A stretch of 64,000 nucleotides of DNA from Isurus oxyrinchus (GCA_026770705.1 JANJGN010000024.1:14694001-14758000); one strand, 5' to 3'; counted from the first letter of the stretch, positions 1 through 11,439 are shown. Numbers and translations are program-made. Notes: generated by a model not told the origin, from the sequence alone.

Positions 1-31
1 GGCAATGGCTACAACTGACCTCAGTACCTCA

Positions 32-252
32 AAACAAAAACAGAATTACCTGGAAAAACTCAGCAGGTCTGGCAGCATCGGCGGAGAAGAAAAGAGTTGA
101 CGTTTCGAGTCCTCATGACCCTTCAACAGAGTCATGAGGACTCGAAACGTCAACTCTTTTCTTCTCCGCCGATGCTGCCAGACCTGCTGAGTTTTTCCAG
201 GTAATTCTGTTTTTGTTTTGGATTTCCAGCATCCGCAGTTTTTTGTTTTTAT
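32..252. mobile_element. Palindromic non-autonomous Penelope-like element (two inverted terminal-repeat arms with hammerhead-like motif), in TRAPPC4 intron 1
   Basis: 32-130 is largely the reverse complement of 131-220. The arms match the PLE 3' terminal repeat at 3920-4055 and 22330-22469. TSD ctcagtacctca at 20-31 and 253-264. Confidence 0.9.
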
Positions 253-945
253 CTCAGTACCTCACAGTTGCCTGAGGGAGTATAAATTACTGTGGTTGAG
301 CACAATCCAGTTCCTCCATTAGAAATATTTGTGGATGAATGTTGGCATGGGCAGGATCCGACAATGGTCACCATGCAACACTGTGAGAGGTCTCGGTTCA
401 CCTATAAACAGCAGCAACTGCAATGGGGAACTAGAAAGCAGCCCATGCCAATGGAGTAAACCAGCAGGCCAGGAGGGAACAACCCATAAAAAAATTGCAG
501 GTGTTTAACAAAGCTGTGACCCCACAATCAACTGAAATACCCAAACATACTGAAATCCAAGTATAGGTCTCAGTTAACACTGTTACATATTAAACAATTC
601 CAAATACCCATCTCTAAACTAACCCAGATCCACTGCAACAGATACAAGGGCTTCACCAGTGGGTGAGGGTGATATTTTTCACTGATATATTTCTCCTTCT
701 AGTTGCACCAAGTTGCAGGCAAACTTGAAGGATTTAAAGGTAAAATCTTGGAATCTATCGGAATTAGGTGATGGATGAAAGGTAACTAACGTAGTCCAAC
801 CGACCATTTGTTAAGATGTCTGACTATGAACTGTGAATACCAGGAGATTATTTAAAACTACTTTATGTGCCAGGCCCAGGCTTCCAGGGACCTTTCCTAA
901 GAGCAGGAGCCGCCAGCCGCGCCCCAGCGCCCGGCCTGCCCTCAC

Positions 946-1120
946 CTTTGATGCCATCCCTCTGACCGAAAGACACCACAACCCGCTCGTCGTACACCTT
1001 CAGCACAAGGTCGAGCGGGTAACTGAAGGTCTTCTCCACATCGGTGCGGGGTGAGTAATTGTCGTACTGGTAAACCAAGCCGCCAGCTTTATTCACCACA
1101 TAAACACTGAAAACCACCAT
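946..1120 (-). CDS. TRAPPC4: Trafficking protein particle complex subunit 4, coding exon 1 (gene continues off the left edge)
   Basis: [58 protein letters not shown] matches the TRAPPC4/Trs23 N-terminus. Donor AAAG|gtgag at 945. Synteny with RPS25 and CCDC84. Confidence 0.95.
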
Positions 1121-1133
1121 TGCTGCACCGCCC

Positions 1134-1240
1134 GGGGAACGCTGGGAAATGTAGTCCCTCCCCCACCCCCGTGCCGCGGCTGCGCAGTGAAACGCCTATA
1201 ACTCCCAGGGAGCTACGCGCTGGGGGCAAGGGAATGCTGG
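1134..1240. promoter_or_regulatory. TRAPPC4 proximal promoter with ZNF143/SBS (ACTACAnnTCCCAG) motifs
   Basis: gctgggaaatgtagtc at 1141-1156 and cctataactcccag near 1195-1208; CpG-rich; directly upstream of the ATG. Confidence 0.7.
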
Positions 1241-1360
1241 TCCCATCTTGGACCCTCCATCCTTGCATGTCCCTCTGTCCCCACCCCATTTTCCAATCCC
1301 AGCCCCAGCTGTGTATTCACTATACCCCCTGACCTCCCCCTCTCCGACGCTGAATGTTAA

Positions 1361-3535
1361 GTGCTCAGCAAAGGACTTAGTTTCATACCCCTACGCCCTC
1401 ACGTTAATGAATTTCGGGCTCGGCACGATGCTGAACTCTTCTTCCGCCGTCTTCGTCTCCGGGCTCACTTCTTTGGGCAGGAGTCTTCTCCCCGTTCAAT
1501 GGAGCCTTTTACCCACCTCCAATATTCTCCCTCCACCTGGACCCCTCCCTCTGGATTCTTACCTTCTCTTGATCTTTTCATTGAGAACTGTCGGCGCGAC
1601 GTTAGTCGTCTCAATTTCTCTGCTCCTCTCACCCACTCTAACCTGTCTCTCTCTGAACTTGCTGCACTCTATTCTCTCAGGTCCAACCCCAACATTGTCA
1701 TCAAACCTGCTGACAAGGGTGGTGCTGTTGTTGTCTGGCGCACTGATCTCTACCTCGCGGAGGCTGAGCATCAACTCGCAGACACTTCCTCCTACCTCTC
1801 CCTAGACCATGACCCCACCACTGAACATCAAGACACTGTTTCCAGGACTGTCACTGACCTCATCTCCTCTGGAGATCTTCCTCCCACAGCTTCCAACCTG
1901 ATAGTCGCCCAACCTCGGACGGCCCGCTTCTATCTCCTACCCAAAATACACAAACAGGACTGTCCCAGCAGACCGATCATGTCAGCCTGTTGCTGCCCCA
2001 AGGAACTAATTTCTCGTTATCTTGACTCCCTTCTCTCTCCCCTTGTCCAGTCCCTTCCCACCTACATCCGTGATTCCTCTAACACCTTACGTCACATCAA
2101 CAATTTCCAGTTCCCTGGCCCCAACCACTTCCTCTTCACCATGGACATCCAATCCCTCTACACCTCCATCCCCCACCAGGATGGTCTGAGGGCCCTTAGC
2201 TTCTTCCTCGAACAGAGGCCCAAACAATCCCCATCCACCATTACTCTCCTCCGTCTGGCTGAACTTGTTCTCACACTGAACAGTTTCTCCTTCAACTCCT
2301 CTCACTTCCTCCAAATAAAAGGTGTGGCTATGGATACCCGCAGGGGCCCCAGCTATGCCTGTCTCTTTATGGGGTATGTGGAACATTCCTTGTTCCAATC
2401 CTACTCCGGCCCCCTTCCACAATTCTTTCTCTGGTACATCGATGATTACTTCGGTGCTGCTTCATGCTCTCATCGGGACTTGGAAAAATTTATTAATTTT
2501 GCTTCCAATTTCCACCCCTCCATCATTTTCACGTGGTTCATCTCTGACACTTCCCTTCCCTTCCTTGACCTCTCTGACTCAATCTCTGGTGATAGACTGT
2601 CCACCAATATCCATTACAAACCCACCGACTCCCACAGCTACCTCGACTACAGCTCCTCACACCCCGCTTCCTGTAAGGACTCCATCCCATTCTCTCAGTT
2701 CCTTCGCCTCCGTTGCATCTGTTCTGATGATGCTACCTTCAAAAATAGTTCCTCTGACAAGTCCTCCTCCTTCCTTAACCGAGGTTTTCCACCCACGGTC
2801 GTTGACAGGGCCCTCAACCGTGTCCGGCCCATCTCCCGCGCATCCGGCCTCACACCTTCTCCTCCCTCCCAAAACCATGATAGGGTGCCCCTTGTCCTCA
2901 CTTATCACCCCACCAGCCTCCGCATTCAAAGGATCATCCTCCGCCATTTCTGCCAACCCAGCATGATGCCACCTCCAAACACATCTTCCCTTCACCACCA
3001 CCACCCCCCCCCCCCCCCCCCCCCCCCCTCTCAGGCAGCATTCCGTAGAGATCGTTCCCTCCGGGACACCCTGGTCCACTCCTCCATCACCTCCTACTCC
3101 TCAACCTCCACCTATGGCACCTCCCAATGCCCACGCAAAAGTTGCAACACCTGCCCCTTCACTTCCTCTCTCCTCACCGTCCAAGGGCCCAAACACTCCT
3201 TTCAAGTGAAGCAGCATTTCACTTGCATTTTCCCCAACTTAGTCTACTGCATTCGTTGCTCCCAATGCAGTCTCCTCTACATTGGCGAGACCAAACGTAA
3301 ACTGGGCGACCGCTTTGCAGAACACCTGCAATCTGTCCGCAAGAATGACCCAAACCTCCTTGTCGTTTGCCATTTTAACACTCCACCCTGCTCTCTTGCC
3401 CACATGTCTGTCCTTGGCTTGCTGCATTGTTCCAGTGAAGCCCAACACAAACTGGAGGAACAGCACCTCATCTTCCGACTAGGCACTTTACAGCCTTCCG
3501 GACTGAATATTGAATTCAACAACTTTAGATCTTGA
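1361..3535 (+). CDS. PLE polyprotein, 5'-truncated: RT ([28 protein letters not shown]), Cys linker (CPRKSCNTC), GIY-YIG endonuclease ([15 protein letters not shown])
   Basis: 724-aa ORF with diagnostic PLE motifs. It lacks the native ATG and carries substitutions such as GTRMGP>DTRRGP. Confidence 0.88.
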   Translation: MLSKGLSFIPLRPHVNEFRARHDAELFFRRLRLRAHFFGQESSPRSMEPFTHLQYSPSTWTPPSGFLPSLDLFIENCRRDVSRLNFSAPLTHSNLSLSELAALYSLRSNPNIVIKPADKGGAVVVWRTDLYLAEAEHQLADTSSYLSLDHDPTTEHQDTVSRTVTDLISSGDLPPTASNLIVAQPRTARFYLLPKIHKQDCPSRPIMSACCCPKELISRYLDSLLSPLVQSLPTYIRDSSNTLRHINNFQFPGPNHFLFTMDIQSLYTSIPHQDGLRALSFFLEQRPKQSPSTITLLRLAELVLTLNSFSFNSSHFLQIKGVAMDTRRGPSYACLFMGYVEHSLFQSYSGPLPQFFLWYIDDYFGAASCSHRDLEKFINFASNFHPSIIFTWFISDTSLPFLDLSDSISGDRLSTNIHYKPTDSHSYLDYSSSHPASCKDSIPFSQFLRLRCICSDDATFKNSSSDKSSSFLNRGFPPTVVDRALNRVRPISRASGLTPSPPSQNHDRVPLVLTYHPTSLRIQRIILRHFCQPSMMPPPNTSSLHHHHPPPPPPPPSQAAFRRDRSLRDTLVHSSITSYSSTSTYGTSQCPRKSCNTCPFTSSLLTVQGPKHSFQVKQHFTCIFPNLVYCIRCSQCSLLYIGETKRKLGDRFAEHLQSVRKNDPNLLVVCHFNTPPCSLAHMSVLGLLHCSSEAQHKLEEQHLIFRLGTLQPSGLNIEFNNFRS

Positions 3536-3917
3536 ACTCCCTCCTCCATCCCCACCCCCTTTCCGTTTCTTCCCCCTTCATTTTGTTTTTTCCAATAATT
3601 TATATAGATTTTTCTTTTCCCACCTATTTCCATTATTTTTAAATCTTTTATGCCCCCCTACTCCCACTAGAACTGTACCTTGAGTGCCGTACCATCCATT
3701 CTTAATTAGCATATTCGTTTAGATAATAACATCAACTTCAACACCTCTGTGTTCTTTTGTCTGTGTCATCTTTTGATGATCTGCTTCTATCACTGCTTGC
3801 TTGTCCCTACAACAACACCCCCCCCTCCACTTCTCTCCCCCACCAACCACCATCCCCCCCACCCCCCACCACCACCTTAAACCAGCTTATATTTCACCCC
3901 TCTCCTTGGATTCACCC

Positions 3918-3956
3918 AGTTCTGTTGAAGGATCATGAGGACTCGAAACGTTAACT
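3918..3956 (+). ncRNA. Minimal type I hammerhead-like motif (core variant CUGUUGA)
   Basis: agtt-CTGTTGA-aggatc-atgag-gactc-GAAA-cgtt-aact. Confidence 0.55.
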
Positions 3957-4061
3957 CTCTTCTTCTCCGCCGATGCTGCCAGACCTGCTGAGTTTTTCCA
4001 GGTAATTCTGTTTTTGTTTTGGATTTCCAGCATCCGCAGTTTTTTGTTTTTATCTTATTAT

Positions 4062-4220
4062 AATGCTGGGGGGATGTAGTCTTCTTCTCAGGGCTGTGCA
4101 ATTGGCAGCCTACAGATCCCAGGGGGCACTGTGGTGGGGGAAAGGGAATGCTGGGGGATGTAGTCTTCTCCTCATGGCTGTGCAATTGACAGCCTACAAC
4201 CCCCATGGGGCACCGTGGTA
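4062..4220. promoter_or_regulatory. Displaced repeat units of the TRAPPC4 promoter SBS array
   Basis: Two units of about 87 bp (aatgctgggggatgtagtc...cctaca..cccca.ggggcac) homologous to 1134-1225. Confidence 0.65.
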
Positions 4221-4261
4221 AGCCCCAAAGGGAGACAATTAAGAACTTTTGAAGTATAGTC

Positions 4262-7200
4262 ACCTGATATTAATTTTCAAATGCTCTCTGGCCACAGGAG
4301 AGTTGCCAGAGGACTGCAAATGTGTTACCATTATTCAAGAAGAGTGGTAGGGATAAACCAGGGAACTGTAGGCCACTGAGTCTAACATCAGTGGTAGGGA
4401 AACCTTGGAAAAAATTCTGAGGGACAGGATTAATCTCCATTTGGAGAGGCAGGGATTAATCAAGGAAAGTCAGCATGGCTTTGTCAGGGGGAGATCATGT
4501 CTAACAAATTTAATTGAATTTTTCAAGGAGGTGACTAGGTGTGTAGATGAGGGTAGTGTGGTTGGTGTAGTCTACATGGACTTCAGTAAGGCTTTTGACA
4601 AGGTCTCTCACATGGGAGACTGGTCAAAAAGGTAAATCCCCATGGGATCCAGGGCAATTTGGAAAATTGGATCCAAAAGTGGCTTATTGGCAGGAGGCAG
4701 AGGGTGGTGGTTGAAGGTTGTTTTTGTGACTGGAAGCCTGTGTCCAGTGGCGTACCGCAGGGTTCAGTGCTGGGTCCCTTGCTATTTGGCACCTAGACGT
4801 GAATGTAGGAGGAATGATCAGTAAGTTCACAGATGACACGAAAATTGGTGATCTGGTAAATAGCGAGGAGGAGAGCCTTAGACAACAGGACGATATAGAT
4901 GGACTGGTCAGATGGGCAGAATAGTGGCAAATGGAATTTAATCCTGAAAATTCTGAGGTGATGCATTTTGGGAGGACTAACAAGGCAAGGTAGTACATGA
5001 TGAAAGGTAGGACCCGAGGAAGTACAGAGGACCGGAGGGACCTTGGTGTGCATGTCCATAGATCCTTAAAGGCAGCAGGACAGGTAGATGAGGTGGCTAA
5101 GAAGGTGTATAGGATACTTGCCTTTATTAGCTGAGGCATTGAAAACAAGAGCATGGAGGTTATAAAGCATTAGTTAGGCCACATCTGGAGTATTATATGC
5201 AGGTCTGGTTGCCACATTATAGGAAAGATGTGATTGCACTGGAGAGGGTGCAAAGGAGATTTACCAGGATGTTGCCTGAGCTGGAGTGTTTCAGCTATGA
5301 AGAGAGAGTAGATAGGCTGGGGTTGTTTTCCTTAGAGCAGAGAAGGCTGAGGAAGGACCCAATAGAGGCATACAAAATTATGAGGGACACTTCCTCCTAC
5401 CTCCCCCTTGACCATGACCCCACCACTGAACATCAAGCCATTGTTTCCAGGACTGTCACTGACCTCATCTTCTCTGGAAATCTTCCTTCCACAGCTTCCA
5501 ACCTCAGCCTCCCAACCTCGGATAGCCCGCTTCTACCTCCTAACCAAAATCCACAAACAGGACTGTCCTGGCAGACCAATCGTGTCAGCCTGTTCATGCC
5601 CCAAAAAACTCATTTCTTGCTATCTTGACTCCATTCTCTCTCCCTTGTCTAGTCCCTTCCCACCTACATCCGTGATTCCTCTGACATCCTACATCATATC
5701 AATAATTTCCAGTTCCCTGGTGCCAACTGCCTCTTCTTCACCATGGACGTCCAATCCCTCTATACCTATATCCCCCACCGGGATAGTCTGATGGGTCTCC
5801 TCTTCTTCCTCGAACAGAGGCCCGAACAATCCCTATCCACCGCTACTCACCTCCGTCTGGCTGAACTTGTTCTCACGCTGAACAATTTCTCCTTAAACTC
5901 CTCTCACTTCCCCCAAATAAAAGGTGTGGCTATGGGTACCCGCAAGGGCCCCAGTTATGTCTTTCTCTTTATGGGGTATGTGGAACATTCCTTGTTCCAG
6001 TCCTACTCTGGCCCCCTCCCACAACTCTTTCTCCAATACATCGATGATTGCTTCGGTGCTGCTTTATGCTCTCGTCTGGACCTGGAAAAATTTATTAATT
6101 TTGCTTCCAATTTCCACCCCTCCATCATTTTCACATGGTCCATCTCTGACACTTCCCTTCCCTTCCTTGACCTCTCTGTCTCAATTTCTGATGATAGACT
6201 GTCCACCAATATCCATTACAAGCCTACCGACTCCCACAGCTACCTCGAGTACAGCTCCTCACACCCCGCTTCCTGTAAGGACTCCATCCCATTCTCTCAG
6301 TTCCTTCGCCTCCGTCGCATCTGTTCTGATGATGCTACCTTCAAAAACAGTTCCTCCAACATGTCTTCTTTCTTCCTTAACCGAGGTTTTCCACCCACGA
6401 TGGTTGACAGGGCCCTCAATCATGTCCGGCCCATCTCCTGAGCACCCACCCTCACACCTTCCTCTCCCTCCCAGAACCTCGATAGGATCCCTCTTCCCCT
6501 CACTTATCACCCCACAAGCCTCTGCATTCAAAGGATCATCCTCCAACATTTCCGCCAGCTCCAGCATGATGCCACCACCAAACGCATCTTCCCTTCACCT
6601 CCCCAGTGGCTTTTTCACAGGGATTGTTCCCTCTGGGACATCTGATTGCCTCCTCCATCACTCCCTACACCTCAACGCCCTCCCACGGCACCTATCCATG
6701 CAACCGCAGAAGGTTCAACACCTGCCCCTTTACTTCCCCTCTCCTCACTGTCCAAGGGCCCAAACGCTCCTTTCAAGTGAAGCAGCATTTCACTTGCACT
6801 TCCCTCAATTTAGTCTACTGCATTCGTTGCTCCCAATGCGGTTTCCTCTACATTGGAGAGACCAAACATAGACTGAGTGACCACTTTGCAGAACACCTTT
6901 GGTCTGTCCACAAGCATGACCCAGACCTCCCTGTCGCTTGCTATTTCAACACTCCACCCTGCTCTCATGATCACATGTCCATGTTTGACCTGCTGCATTG
7001 TTCCAGTGAAGCTCAACGCAAACTGGAGGAACAGCACCTCATTTTCTGACTAGGCACTTTACAGCCTTCCGGACTGAATACTGAGTTCAACAATTTCAGA
7101 TCATGAACTCTCTCCTCCATCCCCATCCCCTTTCCGATCCCCCCCTTTTTTTCCAATAATTTATATAGATTTTTCTTTTCCCACCTATTTCCATTATTTT

Positions 7201-7910
7201 TAAATGTATTTCCATTCATTGTTTTATCTCTACCTTTTAGCCTATTTCAATCCCTTCCCTTCACCCCACCCCACCCCACCCCGACTAGGGCTATCTGTAC
7301 CTTGCTTGTCCTGCTTTCTACCCTTAATTAGCACATTCCTTAGATAATATCACCACTTCTTTGTCCTTTTGTCTATAACATCTTTTGGCTATCTCCACCT
7401 ATCACTGGCCTTTTATCTAGCTCTACCTATCTCACCCACCCCCTCTTAAACCAGCTTATATTTCACCTCTTTTTTATTTTTACTTAGTTCTGATGAAGAG
7501 TCATACGGACTCAAAAAGTTAACTGTGTTCCTCTCCGCAGATGCTGCCAGACCTGCTGAGTTTGTCCAGGTATTTTTATTTTTGTTTTGGATTTCCAGCA
7601 TCTGCAGTTTTTTGCTTTTATCTTATGAGGGGCATAGATGGGGTATATATGAAGAAACTTTTCCCCTTAGTGGATGTGTCAATAATCAGGGGGCATAGAT
7701 TTAAGGTAAGGGGCAGGAGGTTTAAAGGGGATTTGAGGAAAAATTTTTTCACCCAGAGGGTGGGTGAGTTTCTGGAACCCACTGCTGAATGGGTGCTAGA
7801 GGCGGGAACCCTCACAACATTTAAAAAGTATTTAGATGAACATTTGAAATGCCATAACATACAAGGCTACCGGCCAAGTGCTGGAAAATGGGATTAGAGT
7901 AGATAGGGGC
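4262..7910 (+). mobile_element. Decayed CR1-type LINE, interrupted by a PLE at 5387-7622
   Basis: QHGFVRGRSCLTNLIEFF, YMDFSKAFDKV, QVWLPHYRKDVIALERVQRRFTRM; resumes after the PLE with RGHRFKVRGRRF..NFFTQR. Confidence 0.88.
5387..7622 (+). mobile_element. Older, decayed Penelope-like element nested in the CR1 LINE
   Basis: RT and GIY-YIG fragments with stops and frameshifts. Terminal repeat has canonical CTGATGA at 7490-7496. TSD ttatgaggg at 5378-5386 and 7623-7631. Confidence 0.9.
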
Positions 7911-9689
7911 TTGATGATTGGCACAGACGCAATGGGCTGAAGGGCCTCTTTCCATGCTGTAAGACTCTATGACTCTATGTTGCAATGTAGGAAAGTTGGC
8001 TGTTAAATTGCACACAGCAAACTGCCACAAGCCACAAATTATGTTTTTCTGACAGTAATTCTTTGTTGTGGGGTAAATTATGGCCAGGATACTCTTTTTC
8101 AAATATTGCTACAGGACTGAAAGTTGACACTTCAAACAATATGCTGTCTCAGCACGAGCATTGGGATTGTCAACCTGGATTTTTTGCTCAATCTTCTGAT
8201 TCAATACTACCAACTGAGCCACAGGTGACACCTGACAGTCGGCTATGCAGCACAGCTAAACGCCATTTGGTCCAACAAAAGAGCTCTATCCCTATAACCC
8301 TGTAAATTATTTTCCTGTTCAAGTGTTATTATTTAAATATTTATCAAACTCAGCTTCTAAAATTCTACGCAATGGTTAAAGAGCAACTTTTTATAATTGT
8401 TCATGTGATTTTTTTTTAATATTCGTTCATTGCTGCAGCCAGCATTTCAGAGAACATTTAAAACTCAGCTACATTGCTCTGGGTCTGGAGACCTGATTTC
8501 CTTCCCTAAAGGACATATTTTTAAAAAGATAAAAATAACGTTAGCAGTTTATTTACACAGATCTTTACCACAACATGGCAATAGGATGTGCCATGGAGAC
8601 AGTTACATATCAACATTCTGATTACCAGATGCAAGACAGAAGGTATACCAACCCTTCATGGTTCCTAGGAAAGTTCATCCAGGTTAACTGGTGGTCCTCA
8701 GACTCTGAGAAAGCCACTTCCAGTTGGGTTCTCTTAAATCCAATGTTATTATGGGATGCACACACTGACATGCTTACACAGGCCATATTGCACCATATCC
8801 CAACTGTCCAGCAGCTTGTGACACCAGGCATGATTCAATCTCACTATTTCCCTTTTCTGTCACTAAGGGGAAGATGCCATTCAGCTGGTGGATTCTTCCT
8901 CATCTCCCAAATTGGAAGGTGCCTCTTTTGGTCCTCTATGTGAACTAGATGGAACCACCAACAATGATTTCGCGGCCATCATCAGAGTTTTCTTGAATTC
9001 AAATTTCAGCATCTGTAATTCAAATCCGGGTCACTGGAATATTAATCCAGTGACAATATCACTATGCCACACTCCCCCTTGAAGTATATTAATTTATCTT
9101 GCAATGCACTGAATGTTATGTAGGCAAACACCACCCCAAAACAGCACTGGAATAAGTGCTGATGAAAGGTTGTTCACCTGTAGAATTAACTTAGGTCTTT
9201 CTCTCTCTGTTCCATGACCTGCTGAAGGTTTCCAGTGTTTTTTGTCTTTTTATTTCTGAATTTCAGGTAGGAGGGTATGAGGTTTGGAAGTAAATCCCAG
9301 AGCTGAAGGATGGTCATGGTGAATAACTAGAATTGGACATGCTCCAGCGGCCAGAATCAGAGGAGCACCAAATCTCAGAGGCTGGAGGAGATTAGAGGTA
9401 GGGATCTCTACAGCTATCAGATCTGATGCATGCTTTATGAATGCAAATTATCGCAAATCAATGCAAAGCATTAAGTGTTGGAGTGTGAGAATGTAGTGGA
9501 GGCAGCTTCAGTCATGTCTTTCAAAAGGGAATTGGATTACTGAAGAGAAAATATTTGCAGGGCTGGGGGGAAGCTGTGAGATGGCAGGGACATGTGACTA
9601 GCTGAGTTGCTCTTACATAGGACAATGGGCTGAATGGCCGCTGTCTGTTCTCTAAATGTGATTCTTTGAAGAAACATTCTATACAAATA

Positions 9690-9905
9690 TACCACCATCC
9701 TGACTTGGAAATACATCGCCGTTCCTTCACTGTCGCTGGGTTAAAAACCTGGAACTCCCTCCCTAACAACACTGTGGGTGTACCTGCACCCCAGGGACTG
9801 CAGCGATTCAAGAAGGCTGCTCACCACCACCTTCTCAAGGGCAACTAGGGATGGGCAATAAATGCTGGCCCAGCCAGCGAAGCCCATATCCTATGAACAA
9901 ATAAA
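9690..9905 (+). mobile_element. 3' end of a CR1-like LINE family
   Basis: ttcactgtcgctggg...accaccaccttctcaagggcaactagggatgggcaataaatgctggcc; recurs at 47840-48670, 58500-59350 and 63340-63790. Confidence 0.7.
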
Positions 9906-9958
9906 TAAAATAAATGCAAGTGATTTCTGATAAATAGATAGGGTGGAATCAAGAAATG

Positions 9959-11296
9959 AAAACAAAGAAAACTGCGGATGCTGGAAATCCAAAACAAAAA
10001 CAGAATTACCTGGAAAAACTCAGCAGGTCTGGCAGCATCGGCGGAGAAGAAAAGAGTTGACGTTTCGAGTCCTCATGACCCTTCGACAAAACTTGATTGA
10101 GTGCAGTAAGTTCAGAGAGAGACAGGTTAGAATGGGTGAGAGGAGCAGAGAAATTGAGACGACTAATGTCGCGCCGACAGTTCTCAATGAAAAGATCAAG
10201 AGAAGGTAAGAATCCAGAGGGAGGGGTCCAGGTGGAGGGAGAATATTGGAGATGGGTAAAAGGATCTGTTGAACTGGGAGAGGACTCCTGCCCAAAGAAG
10301 TGAGCCCGGAGACGAAGACGGCGAAAGAAGAGTTCAGCATCATGCCGAGCCCGAAATTCATTGAGGTGAGGGCGTAAGGGTATGAAACTAAGTCCTTTGC
10401 TGAGCACTGAACGTTCAGCATCGGAGAGGGGAAGGTCAGGGGGTATAGTGAATACACGGCTGGGGCTGGGATTGGAAGATGGGGTGGGGACGGAGGGACA
10501 GGCTGGGGTGGAGGGTCCTAGATGGGTGTTGGTGTCGATGAGTTGTTGGAGCTTGCGTTCCTTAGCAGTTGAGAGAAAGAGAAAAAGTTTCTTGTTGAGG
10601 CGTCGGATGAGCCGAAGGATAAAATGAAACTGGGGGCACGCGCAGCTTTGAAAAAGGGTACGGCGGTGCTGCTGGAGGGAGAGGTCGAGTGTGTTCATAT
10701 GGCGGCGCATGGCACTGAGTGTGGATTTCAGAATGTGACGGGAACAGCAGTCTGAGAAACGTTTTATGTCCCGGAGATACCGGTAATCCTGGGTGGGTTC
10801 AAAAGATGAGGGGTGGAATTTCAGTTGAAATCCACGTGGGATAAGTCGGAGACGGAGGCAGTCACTGAGAAAGGAGATATGGCTGTGAAAGCGGGTTTTA
10901 GTAAACACCTTGTCAAACACTAGGAGGGAAATGGAAAGCAAAGAAGGTGAACAAGGCAACAGAGAGATACGGAAATCTTGTCGCAGAGAAGAACAGAACT
11001 TCTTCAAGGAGGTAGGCATTTCTTGAAGAGCAGTGGCAGTCAATTAAACACAGAGATGAAAACAAAGAAAACTGCGGATGCTGGAAATCCAAAACAAAAA
11101 CAGAATTACCTGGAAAAACTCAGCAGGTCTGGCAGCATCGGCGGAGAAGAAAAGAGTTGACGTTTCGAGTCCTCATGACCCTTCGACAGAACTTGATTGA
11201 ACTCAAGTTCTGTCGAAGGGTCATGAGGACTCGAAACGTCAACTCTTTTCTTCTCCGCCGATGCTGCCAGACCTGCTGAGTTTTTCCAGGTAATTC
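9959..11296 (-). mobile_element. PLE insertion: inverted repeat + 5' repeat + ORF N-terminus + 3' repeat (RT/EN absent)
   Basis: Three terminal-repeat copies at 9959-10096, 11058-11197 and (inverted) 11200-11296. 15-bp TSD tggaatcaagaaatg at 9944-9958 and 11297-11311. Confidence 0.9.
10006..11019 (-). CDS. N-terminal ~310 aa of the PLE polyprotein, fused in frame to terminal-repeat sequence
   Basis: ATG at 11019 (MPTSLKK...). HISFLSDCLRLRLIPRGFQL motif. The C-terminal part overlaps the start of the 1361-3535 ORF (LSKGLSFIP...NLSLSEL). Confidence 0.75.
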   Translation of the reverse strand: MPTSLKKFCSSLRQDFRISLLPCSPSLLSISLLVFDKVFTKTRFHSHISFLSDCLRLRLIPRGFQLKFHPSSFEPTQDYRYLRDIKRFSDCCSRHILKSTLSAMRRHMNTLDLSLQQHRRTLFQSCACPQFHFILRLIRRLNKKLFLFLSTAKERKLQQLIDTNTHLGPSTPACPSVPTPSSNPSPSRVFTIPPDLPLSDAERSVLSKGLSFIPLRPHLNEFRARHDAELFFRRLRLRAHFFGQESSPSSTDPFTHLQYSPSTWTPPSGFLPSLDLFIENCRRDISRLNFSAPLTHSNLSLSELTALNQVLSKGHEDSKRQLFSSPPMLPDLLSFSR

Positions 11297-11439
11297 TGGA
11301 ATCAAGAAATGTTGTGTGGGTTTTACTTTGATTTATTATGTTGATGTTTACTATGCATTATCTTCAAAATTAAACATTTCAACAGTCCCCTTGGACAAGT
11401 CCAAACGCTTGGGGCAAACTTCAGTTAACTTAGAATCCT

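Larger units (their letters stand above)
1242..4055 (+). mobile_element. 5'-truncated Neptune-type Penelope-like retroelement
   Basis: Contains the RT-GIY-YIG ORF, 3' UTR and terminal repeat. TSD aatgctgg at 1233-1240 and 4062-4069. Confidence 0.92.

Noticed and set aside
32-252. Palindromes as CRISPR repeats, terminators or classical DNA MITEs
   Set aside because: Eukaryotic context; the arms match PLE 3' ends, TSD lengths vary and the arms are asymmetric.
2087-3633. Many overlapping and antisense ORFs (MWLWVPA..., MRTRGTLS..., MLFLQFA...) recurring across the window
   Set aside because: They are alternative frames of the PLE copies; recurrence reflects repeat copy number, not independent genes.
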